From: a virus
Taxonomy: Duplodnaviria; Caudoviricetes
Reading direction: 5' to 3' (one strand)
Virus record (IMG/VR): IMGVR_UViG_3300048861_000280
Location: 1-41,801 of that record
Length of the DNA stretch: 41,801 nt
Part shown: positions 17,618 to 28,600 of the stretch, one piece after another
Layout of the letters: every line of letters starts with the position of its first letter
Position numbering within the stretch: the stretch's first letter is position 1
The notes under the pieces: generated by a model
Databases searched by the model: none
The model's input: the letters and a program-made list of their open reading frames with translations, nothing else
Told to the model about the DNA's origin: nothing
Made by a program: the position numbers and the translations under genes

Positions 17618-18260
17618 CTTTGGCAACGCATTCAAATCAGCCCGTGCCTCGGGCAAGAAGGTCTTCACGTTCAACGGCAAGTCATACACGACCAAGCTGA
17701 AGTCCGAGACCGCTACGTCGCAGGCAGGCAAGGCAGCCCCGAAGCTTCCGAAGACCGGCCCGACACCATCGCCACGTCCGTCGTCCGTAGCTGACAGCAC
17801 TGGTGCCTCGGTATCACCGAACTCCACCGCGAACGGACCAGGGCGTACCAAGGACGATCTGATCAAGTCTCCGACGCCGGGTATCGCAAAGCCGGGATCG
17901 GCCATCGACAAGATTTACCAGAAGATGCAGGACAAGTCCGTCACGGCAGCTAATGCCAAACAGGACGCACCGACGGTTTCCCGCGCCAATGCCGACAGCA
18001 CCGCCGCAGGTACAGCACCGACACCGCAGTCTCCTCCGGTCAACTCTGGTCGCACCAAGGACGACGTGATCCCGAAGCAGGGCATGTTGGCCAAGGTAGC
18101 TGCCGCTGGCTCCGCAATCGCCAACGCTGACCAGAAGGCACAGAACGCCCAGGTCACGGCAGGTAACGCATCTCAGGATGATCCTCCGGCGCAGACCTAC
18201 TCTCGTGGCAACGCCAACCAGAACACAGTTCGTAAGGTCCGACAGGCCCTTCGCAAGTAA
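17610..18260 (+). CDS. Low-complexity protein with ~69-aa internal duplication
   Basis: N-terminal FGNAFKSARASGKKVFTFNGKSYTT; repeated GRTKDD...VTA.NA.QD.P...SR.NA. Confidence 0.8.
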   Translation: MSDFGNAFKSARASGKKVFTFNGKSYTTKLKSETATSQAGKAAPKLPKTGPTPSPRPSSVADSTGASVSPNSTANGPGRTKDDLIKSPTPGIAKPGSAIDKIYQKMQDKSVTAANAKQDAPTVSRANADSTAAGTAPTPQSPPVNSGRTKDDVIPKQGMLAKVAAAGSAIANADQKAQNAQVTAGNASQDDPPAQTYSRGNANQNTVRKVRQALRK

Positions 18261-18275
18261 TCAATACCCCAGTAG
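18258..18275 (+). promoter_or_regulatory. Possible degenerate phage promoter TAATCAATACCCCAGTAG
   Basis: 11/18 match to the 35264 copy; upstream of the capsid gene (phi10-like position). Confidence 0.45.
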
Positions 18276-18568
18276 CCATCGAGCTACGAGAATGAACGGC
18301 GCGGCAATCATGACCGACATGAATATCAAGCCGCCAATGTCGCGCTGGTTCATCCTCATCTAATCTCCATACCCATCCTACGAAGTTCGAGCAAGTCACA
18401 CTGTCCTTTTCAGGCGGTGACTAACTGGAACCAAGTGTCTCACAGAAAGACGACTTGTGACCCGAATACTGTCCCTTGAGGGGGATAGTCCAAGGATAAT
18501 CTCAATGAACCTTCCGTGTTGCTCTTAGGTCCGCGCAAACCTCAGAACATCGTAAGGATAATACCAAA

Positions 18569-19492
18569 ATGGCTAACGCTATTGTTTCTCCGTTGGGTCA
18601 GGCTAACGGCGCTGGTGCATCGGACGCACTCTTCCTCAAGGTCGCTACCGGCGAAATCATCACCGCCTTCTCGCAGACCTCGCAGTTCGTCGACAAGCAT
18701 CAGGTCCGCACCATTGCCAACGGCAAGTCGGCCAGCTTCTACGCAACGGGCCGTTCGAACAACGCCTTCTACCATACTCCAGGTCAGGAAGTACTCGGCG
18801 GCGCGATCCCGGTCAACGAAGTCGTCATCACCATCGACGACCTTCTGCTGACCAGCTCGTTCATCGCCAACATCGAAGAAGCCAAGCTTCACGTCGACGT
18901 TCGTGGTGAGTTCACCAAGCAGATGGGTGAAGAGCTTGCCCAGGCATTCGACCGTAACGTCGCCATCAACGGCCTCCTGGCTGCCCGTGGTGCCGGTCGT
19001 GTCGTAGGTCTGCCGGGTGGCGGTAAGCTGACGAACGCCAACTTCCTCACGGATGCACAGGCCTTCGCAGACGCCCACTTCGATGCAGCCGCTGTCCTCG
19101 ACGACAAGTTCGTCCCCGCCACCGAACGCTACTCCTTCATGAAGCCCGCACAGTATTACGCCCTGGTCAAGACCACGGACGTGATCAACAAGCAGTGGGG
19201 CGGTGAGGGTTCGTACGCCAGCGGTACCGTCGCCATGATCGCAGAAGTCATGCCGATCAAGACCGCGAACCTGCCGAACACCAACGTCACCACGGGCAAG
19301 TACGTCGGTGACTTCTCGAAGACTGCTGGTCTGATCATGCACCGCTCTGCGGTCGGCACGGTCAAGCTCATGGACCTCAAGGCCGAGAGTGAATACCAGA
19401 TCGCACGTCAGGGCACCCTGTTCGTTGCCAAGTACGCCATGGGCCACGGCCCGGTTCGTACGGAAGCAGCCGTCGAGCTTACCATCGCCTAA
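18569..19492 (+). CDS. Major capsid protein (gp10-like)
   Basis: ALFLKV..GEI.TAF, RTIANGKSASF, ITIDDLL, YAMGHG..R.EAAVEL. Confidence 0.97.
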   Translation: MANAIVSPLGQANGAGASDALFLKVATGEIITAFSQTSQFVDKHQVRTIANGKSASFYATGRSNNAFYHTPGQEVLGGAIPVNEVVITIDDLLLTSSFIANIEEAKLHVDVRGEFTKQMGEELAQAFDRNVAINGLLAARGAGRVVGLPGGGKLTNANFLTDAQAFADAHFDAAAVLDDKFVPATERYSFMKPAQYYALVKTTDVINKQWGGEGSYASGTVAMIAEVMPIKTANLPNTNVTTGKYVGDFSKTAGLIMHRSAVGTVKLMDLKAESEYQIARQGTLFVAKYAMGHGPVRTEAAVELTIA

Positions 19493-19503
19493 TCTTCTCC
19501 ATG

Positions 19504-19535
19504 CCGGGGTCCCTAACGGGGCCTCGGTTTTTTTT
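19504..19535 (+). terminator. Intrinsic terminator after the capsid gene (Tphi-like position)
   Basis: CCGGGGTCCC-TAAC-GGGGCCTCGG stem followed by T8. Confidence 0.9.
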
Positions 19536-19571
19536 CGTTTATGCCTTCGGGCATCCCCTCAAGGAACCCTT

Positions 19572-20165
19572 ATGTCTTCACTTGATGGCTTGACGCCACT
19601 CACGGAGCTTGAGGCGATCAACGTGATCCTCGCCACGTCTACCCAGACGCCCATCTCCACCCTGGATGACAATGAGATCACCGACGCTTCGCTCGCAGCT
19701 AATACCCTTCGTGCGACCCTGATTGAAGTTCAGACGCAAGGGCTCGAATTTAACCGAGAGGTAGACTACGTCATCTCTCCGGATCAGAACGGCTTCATCA
19801 TCCTGCCCCGTAATACCCTCAAGGTGGACACGTACGGCGACGATGCCGCCACCAATGCTGTCCAGCGGGGCACCAAGCTCTACAACAAGGACGACCACAC
19901 ATACGTCTGGCCGAAGCCGGTCTCCCTGGACATCGTACTTGCCTTCACCTTCGAAGAGCTTCCGCCCATCGTGGCCAACTACTGCGTCATCCGCGCAGCC
20001 CGGAAGTACCAAGACCAATACTTCGGTGACAATCAGGTCCACAGCTACACCGCACAGGACGAGCTGATCGCCCGTGCTGCGATGATCGACGCTGAGATCG
20101 AGACTGCCGACCCGAACATGATGACCGACAGCCAGTTCATGCAGGGCTTGCTTGCACGTTCGTAA
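19572..20165 (+). CDS. Tail tubular protein A (gp11-like)
   Basis: TELEAINVIL, QRGTKLY, FEELP, RAARKYQ; AAGGAA RBS. Confidence 0.93.
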   Translation: MSSLDGLTPLTELEAINVILATSTQTPISTLDDNEITDASLAANTLRATLIEVQTQGLEFNREVDYVISPDQNGFIILPRNTLKVDTYGDDAATNAVQRGTKLYNKDDHTYVWPKPVSLDIVLAFTFEELPPIVANYCVIRAARKYQDQYFGDNQVHSYTAQDELIARAAMIDAEIETADPNMMTDSQFMQGLLARS

Positions 20166-22624
20166 TGGCCCGCATCTCTGGTTCTATCCCGAACTTCATC
20201 AATGGCGTGTCGCAGCAGGCAATGGCACTGCGTCTTACGTCTCAGGGCGACTATCAGCTTAACGCCCATTCCACGGTTGTCGATGGTCTGATCAAGCGCC
20301 CTCCGCTCGTCCGTGGTCCTCAGATCGTGGGCGACTTCAATACCAACCCGGTTCACTGCCACCCGATCAACCGTGACACCAATGAACGCTATGAGACCAT
20401 CTGGTCCCGCACTGGTGTCCGTGTGTTCACCCTGGACGGTCAAGAGAAGCTTGTGACCTACCCAGGTGGTCTACAGTACCTCCAGTATTCCGGCAGCCTT
20501 CCCGAACCGCCGTTCCGCACGGTGACCATCGGGGACTACACCTACATGACAAACACGCAGCGAACCGTTCAGATGGACCCGAACGTTGTCGAGAGGGCGC
20601 AGCCTTACGAGGCCATCGTCTACGTCATGGCTGGCAACTACGGCAAGACCTACAACATCTCAATCAACGGTGTGCTGAAGGCAAGCTATACGACGCCCGA
20701 TGGTACCTCTGGTGCCCAAAGCCCTGGTGTCGATACGTCCTACATCGCCCGTCGTCTCGCGTACGGTGAAACCCAGGACCTCGGCAAGACCGTGAACAAC
20801 ACCACGGCGTGGGTCTACAAGACCAGCGACACGAACCTCGGCGCCAACCTACAAGGTGGTGTCTTCGGTGTCGTGGCAGGCAAGGGCGTGATCTACATCA
20901 CCTCGACGCAGCCGTTCACCGTGTCTGTCGAAGATGGCTACAACGGCCACGCCATGAAGGCTATCCAGTACCAGACCCAGGACTTCTCCGACCTTCCGGC
21001 CTATGGCTACAACGGTATGGCGATCAAGGTCCTCGGCTCAGTCACCACGGCCTACGACGACTACTATGTCCGCTTCAATCCAGATCAGCCAGCGTTCTCC
21101 GGTATCGTTGGTGGCCAGTGGGTCGAGTGTGCAAAACCTGGGACGCAGATCGCCTTCGATGGTGAAACCATGCCCCATGCCCTGGTCCGTCAATCCGATG
21201 GCTCATTCTCCTTTGGCCCCGTGTCGTGGGAACGTAGGCGCTGCGGCGACGAGGTGACCAGCCCGAGCCCGTCTTTCATCGGCAACACTGTCAGCGACAT
21301 CACATGGTTCAAGAACCGCCTTGGCTTCCTCAGTGGCGAGAACACCGTCCTTGGTCGCTCTGGTGGTCCTTTCGATTTCTGGAAGACGACCGCGACGACC
21401 ACGGTTGACGATGATCCAATCGACGTGGCTTCCTCGGAGACCGACGTGTCCGTGCTGCGATCTGCAGTTGGCTTTGCCGACCGGCTGATCCTGTTCTCGG
21501 ATAGCTCTCAGTCGATGCTGGCCGGTGGCGACACCCTGACCAACAAGACGGTCAACATCCGCCCCTCGACTGCGTTCAGCATGTCCGCGCGGTGCAGGCC
21601 CGTGGTCAACGGTGACAACGTCTACTTCCCGGTAAAGCGTGGTCAGTTCTCCATGATCCGAGAGTACACCATCGATCCCGCAAGTGACGTCGGTAAAGCC
21701 GAGGACGTCACAGGCTATGTCCCTCAGTACCTCAAGGGTGAGGTGATCAAGCTGTGCGGCTCCACCCACGAAGACGTCATCATTGTTCAGACGGACGAAG
21801 GTGGCGGTGGGTTGTACGTCTACAAGTATTTCTACCAAGACCGCAGCAAGGTTCAGTCCTCGTGGTCGCGGTGGGAGTTCACTGACGTGCAGCGCATCTA
21901 TGACTTCTGGTTCATCGAGAGCAAGCTCTACGTCCTCCTTCAGTCGACCAGCGGCAACGTATGGATCGAGACGGTGGACATTCAGACTGGCAACGTGGAC
22001 GACGGTCTGGAGTTCATGGTCAACCTCGACCACCGCATCACACTGCCGGCGACCGGCCGAACGTACGACGCCATTACCGATCGGACCACGGTACCGGGGG
22101 ACATCTCTGGTCTACCCTACGTCCTCGTGAGTGGCGCTGGTGGAACTAACATCGGCCCTGGTCTTCTGATGCATCCTCTGGACATCACCACGGCCAACTT
22201 CAAACTCGTAGGTGACCTTCGTGACGTTCCGATCTACGTCGGCCTGGACTACACATCCCGCTTCAGGCTCTCGACGATCTACATCCGACAGACCAGCCCT
22301 GCCGGGGTTCCCATCGTCCGCACCGAGGGTCGACTTCAGTTGGTCCGGTTGCTCATTCGCTACGGAAAGACCGCCTACCTTCGGGCAGAGGTCAATCTGC
22401 AGGGTATGGCAATGCGCCAGTACGCCACCAACGGTCGCGTTATGGGTGATCCGGAGAACCGAGCGGACAGCATCGTGATGGGTGACGGTGTCCTCGACAT
22501 CCCGATCCTCTCGAAAAATGACCGTGCGTCCATCGATCTGGTCAATGACAGCTACCTGCCGTCTTCGATCATCTCTGCTGAATGGACCGCAAACTACGTC
22601 ACCAAATCTCAAAGGGTACAATGA
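20165..22624 (+). CDS. Tail tubular protein B (gp12-like)
   Basis: SIPNFINGVSQQ, GLIKRPP, TMPHALVR, PSFIG, FKNRLGFLSGE, QSSWSRW. Confidence 0.96.
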   Translation: MARISGSIPNFINGVSQQAMALRLTSQGDYQLNAHSTVVDGLIKRPPLVRGPQIVGDFNTNPVHCHPINRDTNERYETIWSRTGVRVFTLDGQEKLVTYPGGLQYLQYSGSLPEPPFRTVTIGDYTYMTNTQRTVQMDPNVVERAQPYEAIVYVMAGNYGKTYNISINGVLKASYTTPDGTSGAQSPGVDTSYIARRLAYGETQDLGKTVNNTTAWVYKTSDTNLGANLQGGVFGVVAGKGVIYITSTQPFTVSVEDGYNGHAMKAIQYQTQDFSDLPAYGYNGMAIKVLGSVTTAYDDYYVRFNPDQPAFSGIVGGQWVECAKPGTQIAFDGETMPHALVRQSDGSFSFGPVSWERRRCGDEVTSPSPSFIGNTVSDITWFKNRLGFLSGENTVLGRSGGPFDFWKTTATTTVDDDPIDVASSETDVSVLRSAVGFADRLILFSDSSQSMLAGGDTLTNKTVNIRPSTAFSMSARCRPVVNGDNVYFPVKRGQFSMIREYTIDPASDVGKAEDVTGYVPQYLKGEVIKLCGSTHEDVIIVQTDEGGGGLYVYKYFYQDRSKVQSSWSRWEFTDVQRIYDFWFIESKLYVLLQSTSGNVWIETVDIQTGNVDDGLEFMVNLDHRITLPATGRTYDAITDRTTVPGDISGLPYVLVSGAGGTNIGPGLLMHPLDITTANFKLVGDLRDVPIYVGLDYTSRFRLSTIYIRQTSPAGVPIVRTEGRLQLVRLLIRYGKTAYLRAEVNLQGMAMRQYATNGRVMGDPENRADSIVMGDGVLDIPILSKNDRASIDLVNDSYLPSSIISAEWTANYVTKSQRVQ

Positions 22625-23088
22625 TTGAATTTCGTGAGGCTACGTTGGCCGATATGGTCGACTTAGCCCCACGGCTTCGACCAGAGGACACCGCCGAGTG
22701 CTTAGCTGCATCTGGCGTTGCTCCTGAGGTTTCCCTCCCTGCCGCCATTGGTCTGGGCCTGTCATGGGTCTGGACCGTGGATGGTAGGCCTGAGGCAGCC
22801 TTGGGCGTCATTCCAGTGCCCGAGGTTCCCTTCTCAGGGGCCGTCTGGATGCTGGCCAGCCCTGAACTACTCAAGCACGTCCGCTACATGGTCCGGAACC
22901 TCCCGGCTGTGGTCGACATGCTGCATGACCATTACCCACTTCTGGGCAACTACGTGGACGCTCGCAACACCGTGCACGTTTCTTTCATCAAACACTGCGG
23001 CTTCAAGCTCCTCCGTGTCGTCAATGACTACGGCGTCGAGCGCAGACCGTTCATCGAATTTGTCAAACTAAGGACCCCCAATGTGTGA
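22621..23088 (+). CDS. Internal virion protein A-like (gp13; possible GNAT fold)
   Basis: LRPED.AEC, NYVDARN..HV.FIK.CGF; synteny. Confidence 0.8.
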   Translation: MIEFREATLADMVDLAPRLRPEDTAECLAASGVAPEVSLPAAIGLGLSWVWTVDGRPEAALGVIPVPEVPFSGAVWMLASPELLKHVRYMVRNLPAVVDMLHDHYPLLGNYVDARNTVHVSFIKHCGFKLLRVVNDYGVERRPFIEFVKLRTPNV

Positions 23089-23605
23089 TCCAGTATCGCT
23101 TGGTAGCCTCGCAATCGGGGTTGCCAGTTCCGTTACCGGCTTCATGAGCGCAACTCAGCAGGCAAGCCAACAGAACCAGCTTGCAGAGAATAACCGCATC
23201 GAAGCCAACAAGTCCGCAGCCGACCAGTACGCCTCCATCCAGAACCGGATGCTACAGGAGAGGGCCGCTGCTGGCCGAGACCTCGAAGATGCCAACGTCA
23301 CCACGGCGAAGGCACGAGGCACAGCCCAGGTAACCTCTGGTGAGGCAGGTATCTCCGGTATCACCGTGGACAGCCTGATCGCAGACTACAACGCGCAGCA
23401 GGGCAAGTTCGAGCGTACCAACGAACAGAACCTTGCGATGACCCAGGACCAGCTTCGAGCCAACCTCGACGGCGTCAAGTCACAGGCAGAGGGCCGCATC
23501 AACTCCGTCCAGAAGGCAGCAAAGCCCTCGTTCCTCCCGTACGCCATCGGCATCGCAAGCTCTGGCCTGGATGCATATTCCAGCCATCTTAAGAAGGTTC
23601 AGTAA
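23081..23605 (+). CDS. Internal virion protein B (gp14-like)
   Basis: MCDP start, Ala/Gln-rich, GE.GISG.TVD; synteny. Confidence 0.85.
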   Translation: MCDPVSLGSLAIGVASSVTGFMSATQQASQQNQLAENNRIEANKSAADQYASIQNRMLQERAAAGRDLEDANVTTAKARGTAQVTSGEAGISGITVDSLIADYNAQQGKFERTNEQNLAMTQDQLRANLDGVKSQAEGRINSVQKAAKPSFLPYAIGIASSGLDAYSSHLKKVQ

Positions 23606-25608
23606 TGCCCCAAGGCAGAGTAGAAGTTAACAGCAATCTCCAGCTTAATGACCGTCTGACACCGCAGGCATCTCCGGTTGACACGTACGCCGCACCGGCC
23701 CGGTCACCGATGGATGACAACCTCGACCGTCTCTCGAAGGCCCTGGCTGGCTTTAGTACCTCCATCGACACCTATGGTGCCGTAGCTGCCGTTAAGCAGA
23801 AGGCTGCCGACAATGAAACCCTGAAGCTTCAGGAAGCTCAGATCGGCGGCATGTCGAAGGAGCAAATCTTCCAGGCTCGTAAGGACGGAACGCTACCGGC
23901 CTATGCCGACCACTTGAGGCAGGCAGGTATCGACGCAGCCGTGGGCAGCCAGCTTGGCAACTCCGACAGCAACGATCTGCAGCAGTACATCAAGACGCAA
24001 TATGATCCCGCCACCGATGGCTCTGTACGCGACTTCATTGCGAAGAAGCAGCAGGAAGCCATCAAGGGCATGAACACTGTCCAGGCCACGCAGTACCTCC
24101 GACAGACGAACCCCGTCTTCGATTGGGCAGAGGGCGAGCTTAAGAACCAGAAGAACCAGCAGGTTGTCGAAGGTTCACGCACGGCAGCCTACACCCTCAT
24201 CGGCCAGACCGTGCAGAACAGCATCAAGGCCGGTGACGATCCGCAAAAGACCGTGGAAGCCGTTCGTGCCCAATACGCCAACATCGGCCAGAAGGGTATC
24301 CTCGGTATCCAGAACAAGGACATCGACAACACCGTCCTGGCTGTCGCCCGTGACATCGCGCAGACGAACCCCGACTACGCCATGGCCATCGCGAACCAGA
24401 ACACCGTGGCACCAGACGGCACCAAGGTTGGCTTCCTGCAAAACCCGAACACGGCTGATCGTGCCCAGGAGATTATCGCCCAGGCCACCCAGACGAAGCA
24501 GAAGCAGGCCAAGGTCGCTTTCGCTAACGGTCTCGGGGAAGTGGGCGGCAAGCTGATCCTCGGTAAGGCCTTCGCCACCGCAAAGCCACCCTCGTTCACC
24601 AATGCTGACGGAAGTGTCACTGAGGTGTCCGACGACGACTTCAAGAAGAAGGCAGCGGACGGCTATCTGGCCCTGTCGCCTGATGTCGCCAAGGAGAGAC
24701 ATGAGAGCCCCGAGCAGCAGACCTCCCGTGAGTTCGTCGACTTCCAGGCCGCTGGTCTCCAGCACCCGGTTATCAAGAAGCAGGTAAACGGTATCGCAGC
24801 GATGCTGTCCCCGTCTGCCCTCAGTGACCCGCAGCAGAAGCAGCAGGTTCTCGAAAAGCTGAAGGCAGGCCAGTGGTTGCTCAACGCCAGCCAGAACAGC
24901 CTGAACGGCTATGTTGACAAGCAGGAAGACCGTGACGCCATCTCGGTGTTCAACGCCTTCAAGACTGTCCCGAACGCTGACGGCACGACCTACTCGGATG
25001 AGGAGGCTATGGCAAAGGCAATCGAGGTAACCAACCCGACGATCAAGGCTGACACGCACTTCTCCAATGATGACCAGTCGCAGCTCGACAGTCTCATGGG
25101 CAGCATGGCTAAGGGGCAGGGCTGGTTCGGATGGGGCTCATCTAAGCCTGCCAACTATTCGGCTATCCAGAACAAGGTGGAATACCTGTCCCGTGGTTTC
25201 ATCGCCGCTGGCATGGGCCATGAGGATGCAATCGCTAAGGCAGCCGACGCTGTCCAGAAGTCCTCGCTGATCTACAACGGCGTCATGCTGCCAAAGGTCA
25301 ACGGCTTCGTGGTCGACGACGATTTCCAGCCTACCGTCAAGTCCTTCATCGACGATTGGGCAGCCAAGAACCCGAAGCGGCTGAAGGCAGACGACATCTC
25401 CGCAGATGACATCGCGATCATGCCCTCTGGCAACATCAACGGTGACAGCGGTGGCCACTTCCGTCTGATCCACAAGTCGGACCTCAGTGATGTCCTCGAC
25501 GACAATCAGGAACAGGTGATCTTCAACGCGAACGATCTCCGCAACAAACGCGCAGCCGACAAGAAGGCTCGTAACGACGCAGCCATCAAGGCCGCAGCAC
25601 AGAAGTAA
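23605..25608 (+). CDS. Internal virion protein C (gp15-like)
   Basis: 667 aa, Gln/Ala-rich, between the gp14- and gp16-like genes. Confidence 0.75.
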   Translation: MPQGRVEVNSNLQLNDRLTPQASPVDTYAAPARSPMDDNLDRLSKALAGFSTSIDTYGAVAAVKQKAADNETLKLQEAQIGGMSKEQIFQARKDGTLPAYADHLRQAGIDAAVGSQLGNSDSNDLQQYIKTQYDPATDGSVRDFIAKKQQEAIKGMNTVQATQYLRQTNPVFDWAEGELKNQKNQQVVEGSRTAAYTLIGQTVQNSIKAGDDPQKTVEAVRAQYANIGQKGILGIQNKDIDNTVLAVARDIAQTNPDYAMAIANQNTVAPDGTKVGFLQNPNTADRAQEIIAQATQTKQKQAKVAFANGLGEVGGKLILGKAFATAKPPSFTNADGSVTEVSDDDFKKKAADGYLALSPDVAKERHESPEQQTSREFVDFQAAGLQHPVIKKQVNGIAAMLSPSALSDPQQKQQVLEKLKAGQWLLNASQNSLNGYVDKQEDRDAISVFNAFKTVPNADGTTYSDEEAMAKAIEVTNPTIKADTHFSNDDQSQLDSLMGSMAKGQGWFGWGSSKPANYSAIQNKVEYLSRGFIAAGMGHEDAIAKAADAVQKSSLIYNGVMLPKVNGFVVDDDFQPTVKSFIDDWAAKNPKRLKADDISADDIAIMPSGNINGDSGGHFRLIHKSDLSDVLDDNQEQVIFNANDLRNKRAADKKARNDAAIKAAAQK

Positions 25609-25627
25609 ACAACAACAAAGAGGTAAC

Positions 25628-28600
25628 ATGACCGACGCAATTTCCGTCATCAAGGGATACGAAGGCTACATCGACCACGCGAAGTGGGACGTAAACCACT
25701 ACCGCGCAGGCTACGGTTCCGACACGACTACCCTTGCTGACGGAAGCGTCCATGCTATCACCGCAGACAGCGTGGTCACCCACGAAGACAGTGAACGTGA
25801 CCTTGCTCGTCGCGCACAGGATTTCGAACACACAGCCGCCAATCAGGTCGGCCAGGATAAGTGGGCCGCGCTACCGGGCAATGTTCGAGCAGCCCTTACA
25901 TCCACCACATACAACTACGGCAGCCTTCCGCACGACGTGGTCTCAGCAGCGCAGACCGGCGACATCAATGCGATTGCCTCGGCAGTCAAGGGTCGCGGTG
26001 ACGACAACGGCGGTATCAACCGTGGACGTCGCGCCAGCGAAGCCGATCTAATTCTCGGTGGACCACAATCCGCTGCAGATAACGCGCCGTACACCCCGCA
26101 GGTTTCCCCGGCCACGCAGTACACCGCAGACACCGAAGTAGCCGTTCCGGTCAATCAGGCTGTCGCTGGTCAACCCCTGCAGGACGCACCGGAAGCTCCG
26201 ACGATCTGGCAGACCGAGAAGGATGCGTTCAATCAGAACAGCACCCTGGCCATGCTCCTCAACGCCAACCCTTACAAGGCCGACCCGAACTGGGTGAAGC
26301 CGGATGAGGCAAAGCTTGGCGCAGACCTACAGGCAGCCAACCTCGATCCCGAGCGCTATGCAAAGTTCCTCGGTGGCTCTACGTCACAGAACGGCTACCT
26401 CAAGGCTATCGAAGACGCCCAGGCTGACCGAGATCGTCTCGCACGTCTGTCCCAGGCTGGCTTCACCGGCACGGCACTGGACTTCGTAAACCAAGCACTC
26501 GACCCGGTAAACGTCGCCACGGACCTCGCAGTCTCCGCAGTGGCACCAGAGTTCACCCTCGCCAAGTACGGTGTCCGCGTAGGTCGCGTTCTGTCGGCTG
26601 CCCTGGCTGGTGGTGCATCTGGTCTCGCGACCTCGGCCATCAACTACAGCGTCAACCCGAACGCCACCAAGGCCGACCTTTTGATGGGCACGGTCATCGG
26701 CGCAGGCCTCGGCGGTGTCGTTGGTTCGTTCGCACGTAACCCGGCGCTGGCCCAGGAAGCCCGTGGTCTCCAGCAGGTTGGCCAGAAGGTCATTGCTTAT
26801 CACGAGGGTGTCCCGTATGTGGCACCAAAGTCAAGCTCTGTCGGCGCTGCACAGGCCCCGGCTACGCCAAGCTTGCTGCCCGACGATAACCCGCTCCAGG
26901 CTCTGACACACGACGACACCGCACGGTCTGCCGCTGCCAACATGCGCGTGGACCTGAGAGCCATGGTCGACAAGTCGCTAAACCCGGCTGCCCGTAAGAC
27001 GGCCTCTGGTATGCTCGACGAGGGCGGCGGTGTCATTGGTCCAAGCATCAATGGTCGCACGGCTGATGCCGATCAGGCTGCCCTACAGCAGGAGTTCAGC
27101 GCCACCTTCAACCGCACCTTCGCTCCACAGAAGAAAGCCTTCATGGCCAACGGCGGTACCGATCGCGAGTTCAACGATCAGGTGTTCAAGTACATCGAAG
27201 ACACTCGTCTCGATAAGGGCGACTTCTATTCCAAGGACGTGAAGCTGGCCGGTGACAACACTGCCCGTGTCTTCAGGAAACTTCTGGACCTACAGAAGAA
27301 CCCCTTGGAGCGCGAGGGTGGCGTTGCTCGTCCTGTTCAGGGTGCAGCCGATACGCCGCACAACGAGAACTACATCACGCACGAGTGGCACAACGGTAAG
27401 GTCCATCTGGCCGACAACTACTTCGAAGACGGCACCATGCATAACCTGATCAAGGGCGGCATGCGGCGGTCAAATCCGACCATGGCTGAACCGGACCTCG
27501 ACCGCATCTCCGCTGCATTCCTCAAGTCCATCAAGGAACGTGGGGCAGGGGTGAACCGCAAGGACTTCCTGGCGCGTGTATCCGGCAACAACATGGAAGA
27601 CGCCATCCAGTCCCTGGTTGACACTGGTTCACTTGGGCAGGCCGAGGCTGACAACTTCATCAAGAACTACGCTGCCGACACGGCCAAGGCGGGTTCTGAT
27701 GCAGGCAATGCCAAGCCGTTCAAGACGCGATCCCTGATCGACGTCAACTACGTCCTTCCCTACAGGCCACGGGTCCGTAAGACGGGTGAGCTGCACGACG
27801 CTGATCTGTCCGTTCGGGACTTCCTCAACACGAACACGGAATACCTCGCACAGAAGTACATCCGCCGTTCGACCGGCAACATCGCCCTGGCCCGCATGAA
27901 GCTGGCTGTCTCTGACACAGTGGACAAGGAAACGGGTGAGGTTCTTGGCAAGGGTGAAACGATCCTCGACGGCATCACCTCCGATGCTGAATGGAAGAAG
28001 CACCTCGACGACGTTGCCCGCGCTGGTGCCGACGCTGGCCAAACCCCGGCTCAGATCGCATCCGACGCTAAGCGCCTCCAGTACGCCTACGACATGATCA
28101 AGGGCACCAAGACGTACGAGTTCAACAACACGAATACCGGTTGGGCTCTGCGTATGATCCGGAAGTACAACTTCACCCGCATGATGAACCAAGTCGGTCT
28201 CGCTCAGCTTCCTGAGTTGGGCAACCTCGTGGGCAGCGTAGGTCTGAAGGCTATGATCCAGTCTCTCCCCGATATGCGCCGCATCATTGGCGAGGACGGC
28301 GTGGCTCATCTCCGGAACGGCTTCGGTGACGACGTTGAGGCTGTCTTCGGAGCTGGCACTGAAAGCTGGCACCGCACACCGAACGAGCAGTACGATGACC
28401 TTCTGGACACCGTATCGAACGGCAGTGGCCATTGGCAGGACCGGGTGAACAACCTGCTCGACCGTGGCAGCCGCATCACCTCCAAGATATCCGGCATGGA
28501 AGGCATCGACACGCTATCGAAGCGTTGGGCCTACAAGGGGATCATCCAGAGGTTCGCGAATGAAGCCAATGGTCGCGGCGGTCTGATGAAGCTGTCCGAG

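Noticed and set aside
19389-19571. Tubular A frame open upstream across the capsid end, suggesting a gp10B-like frameshift fusion
   Set aside because: It would need a +1 shift, no clear slippery site lies before the capsid stop, and there is a terminator plus a good RBS at the ATG 19572.
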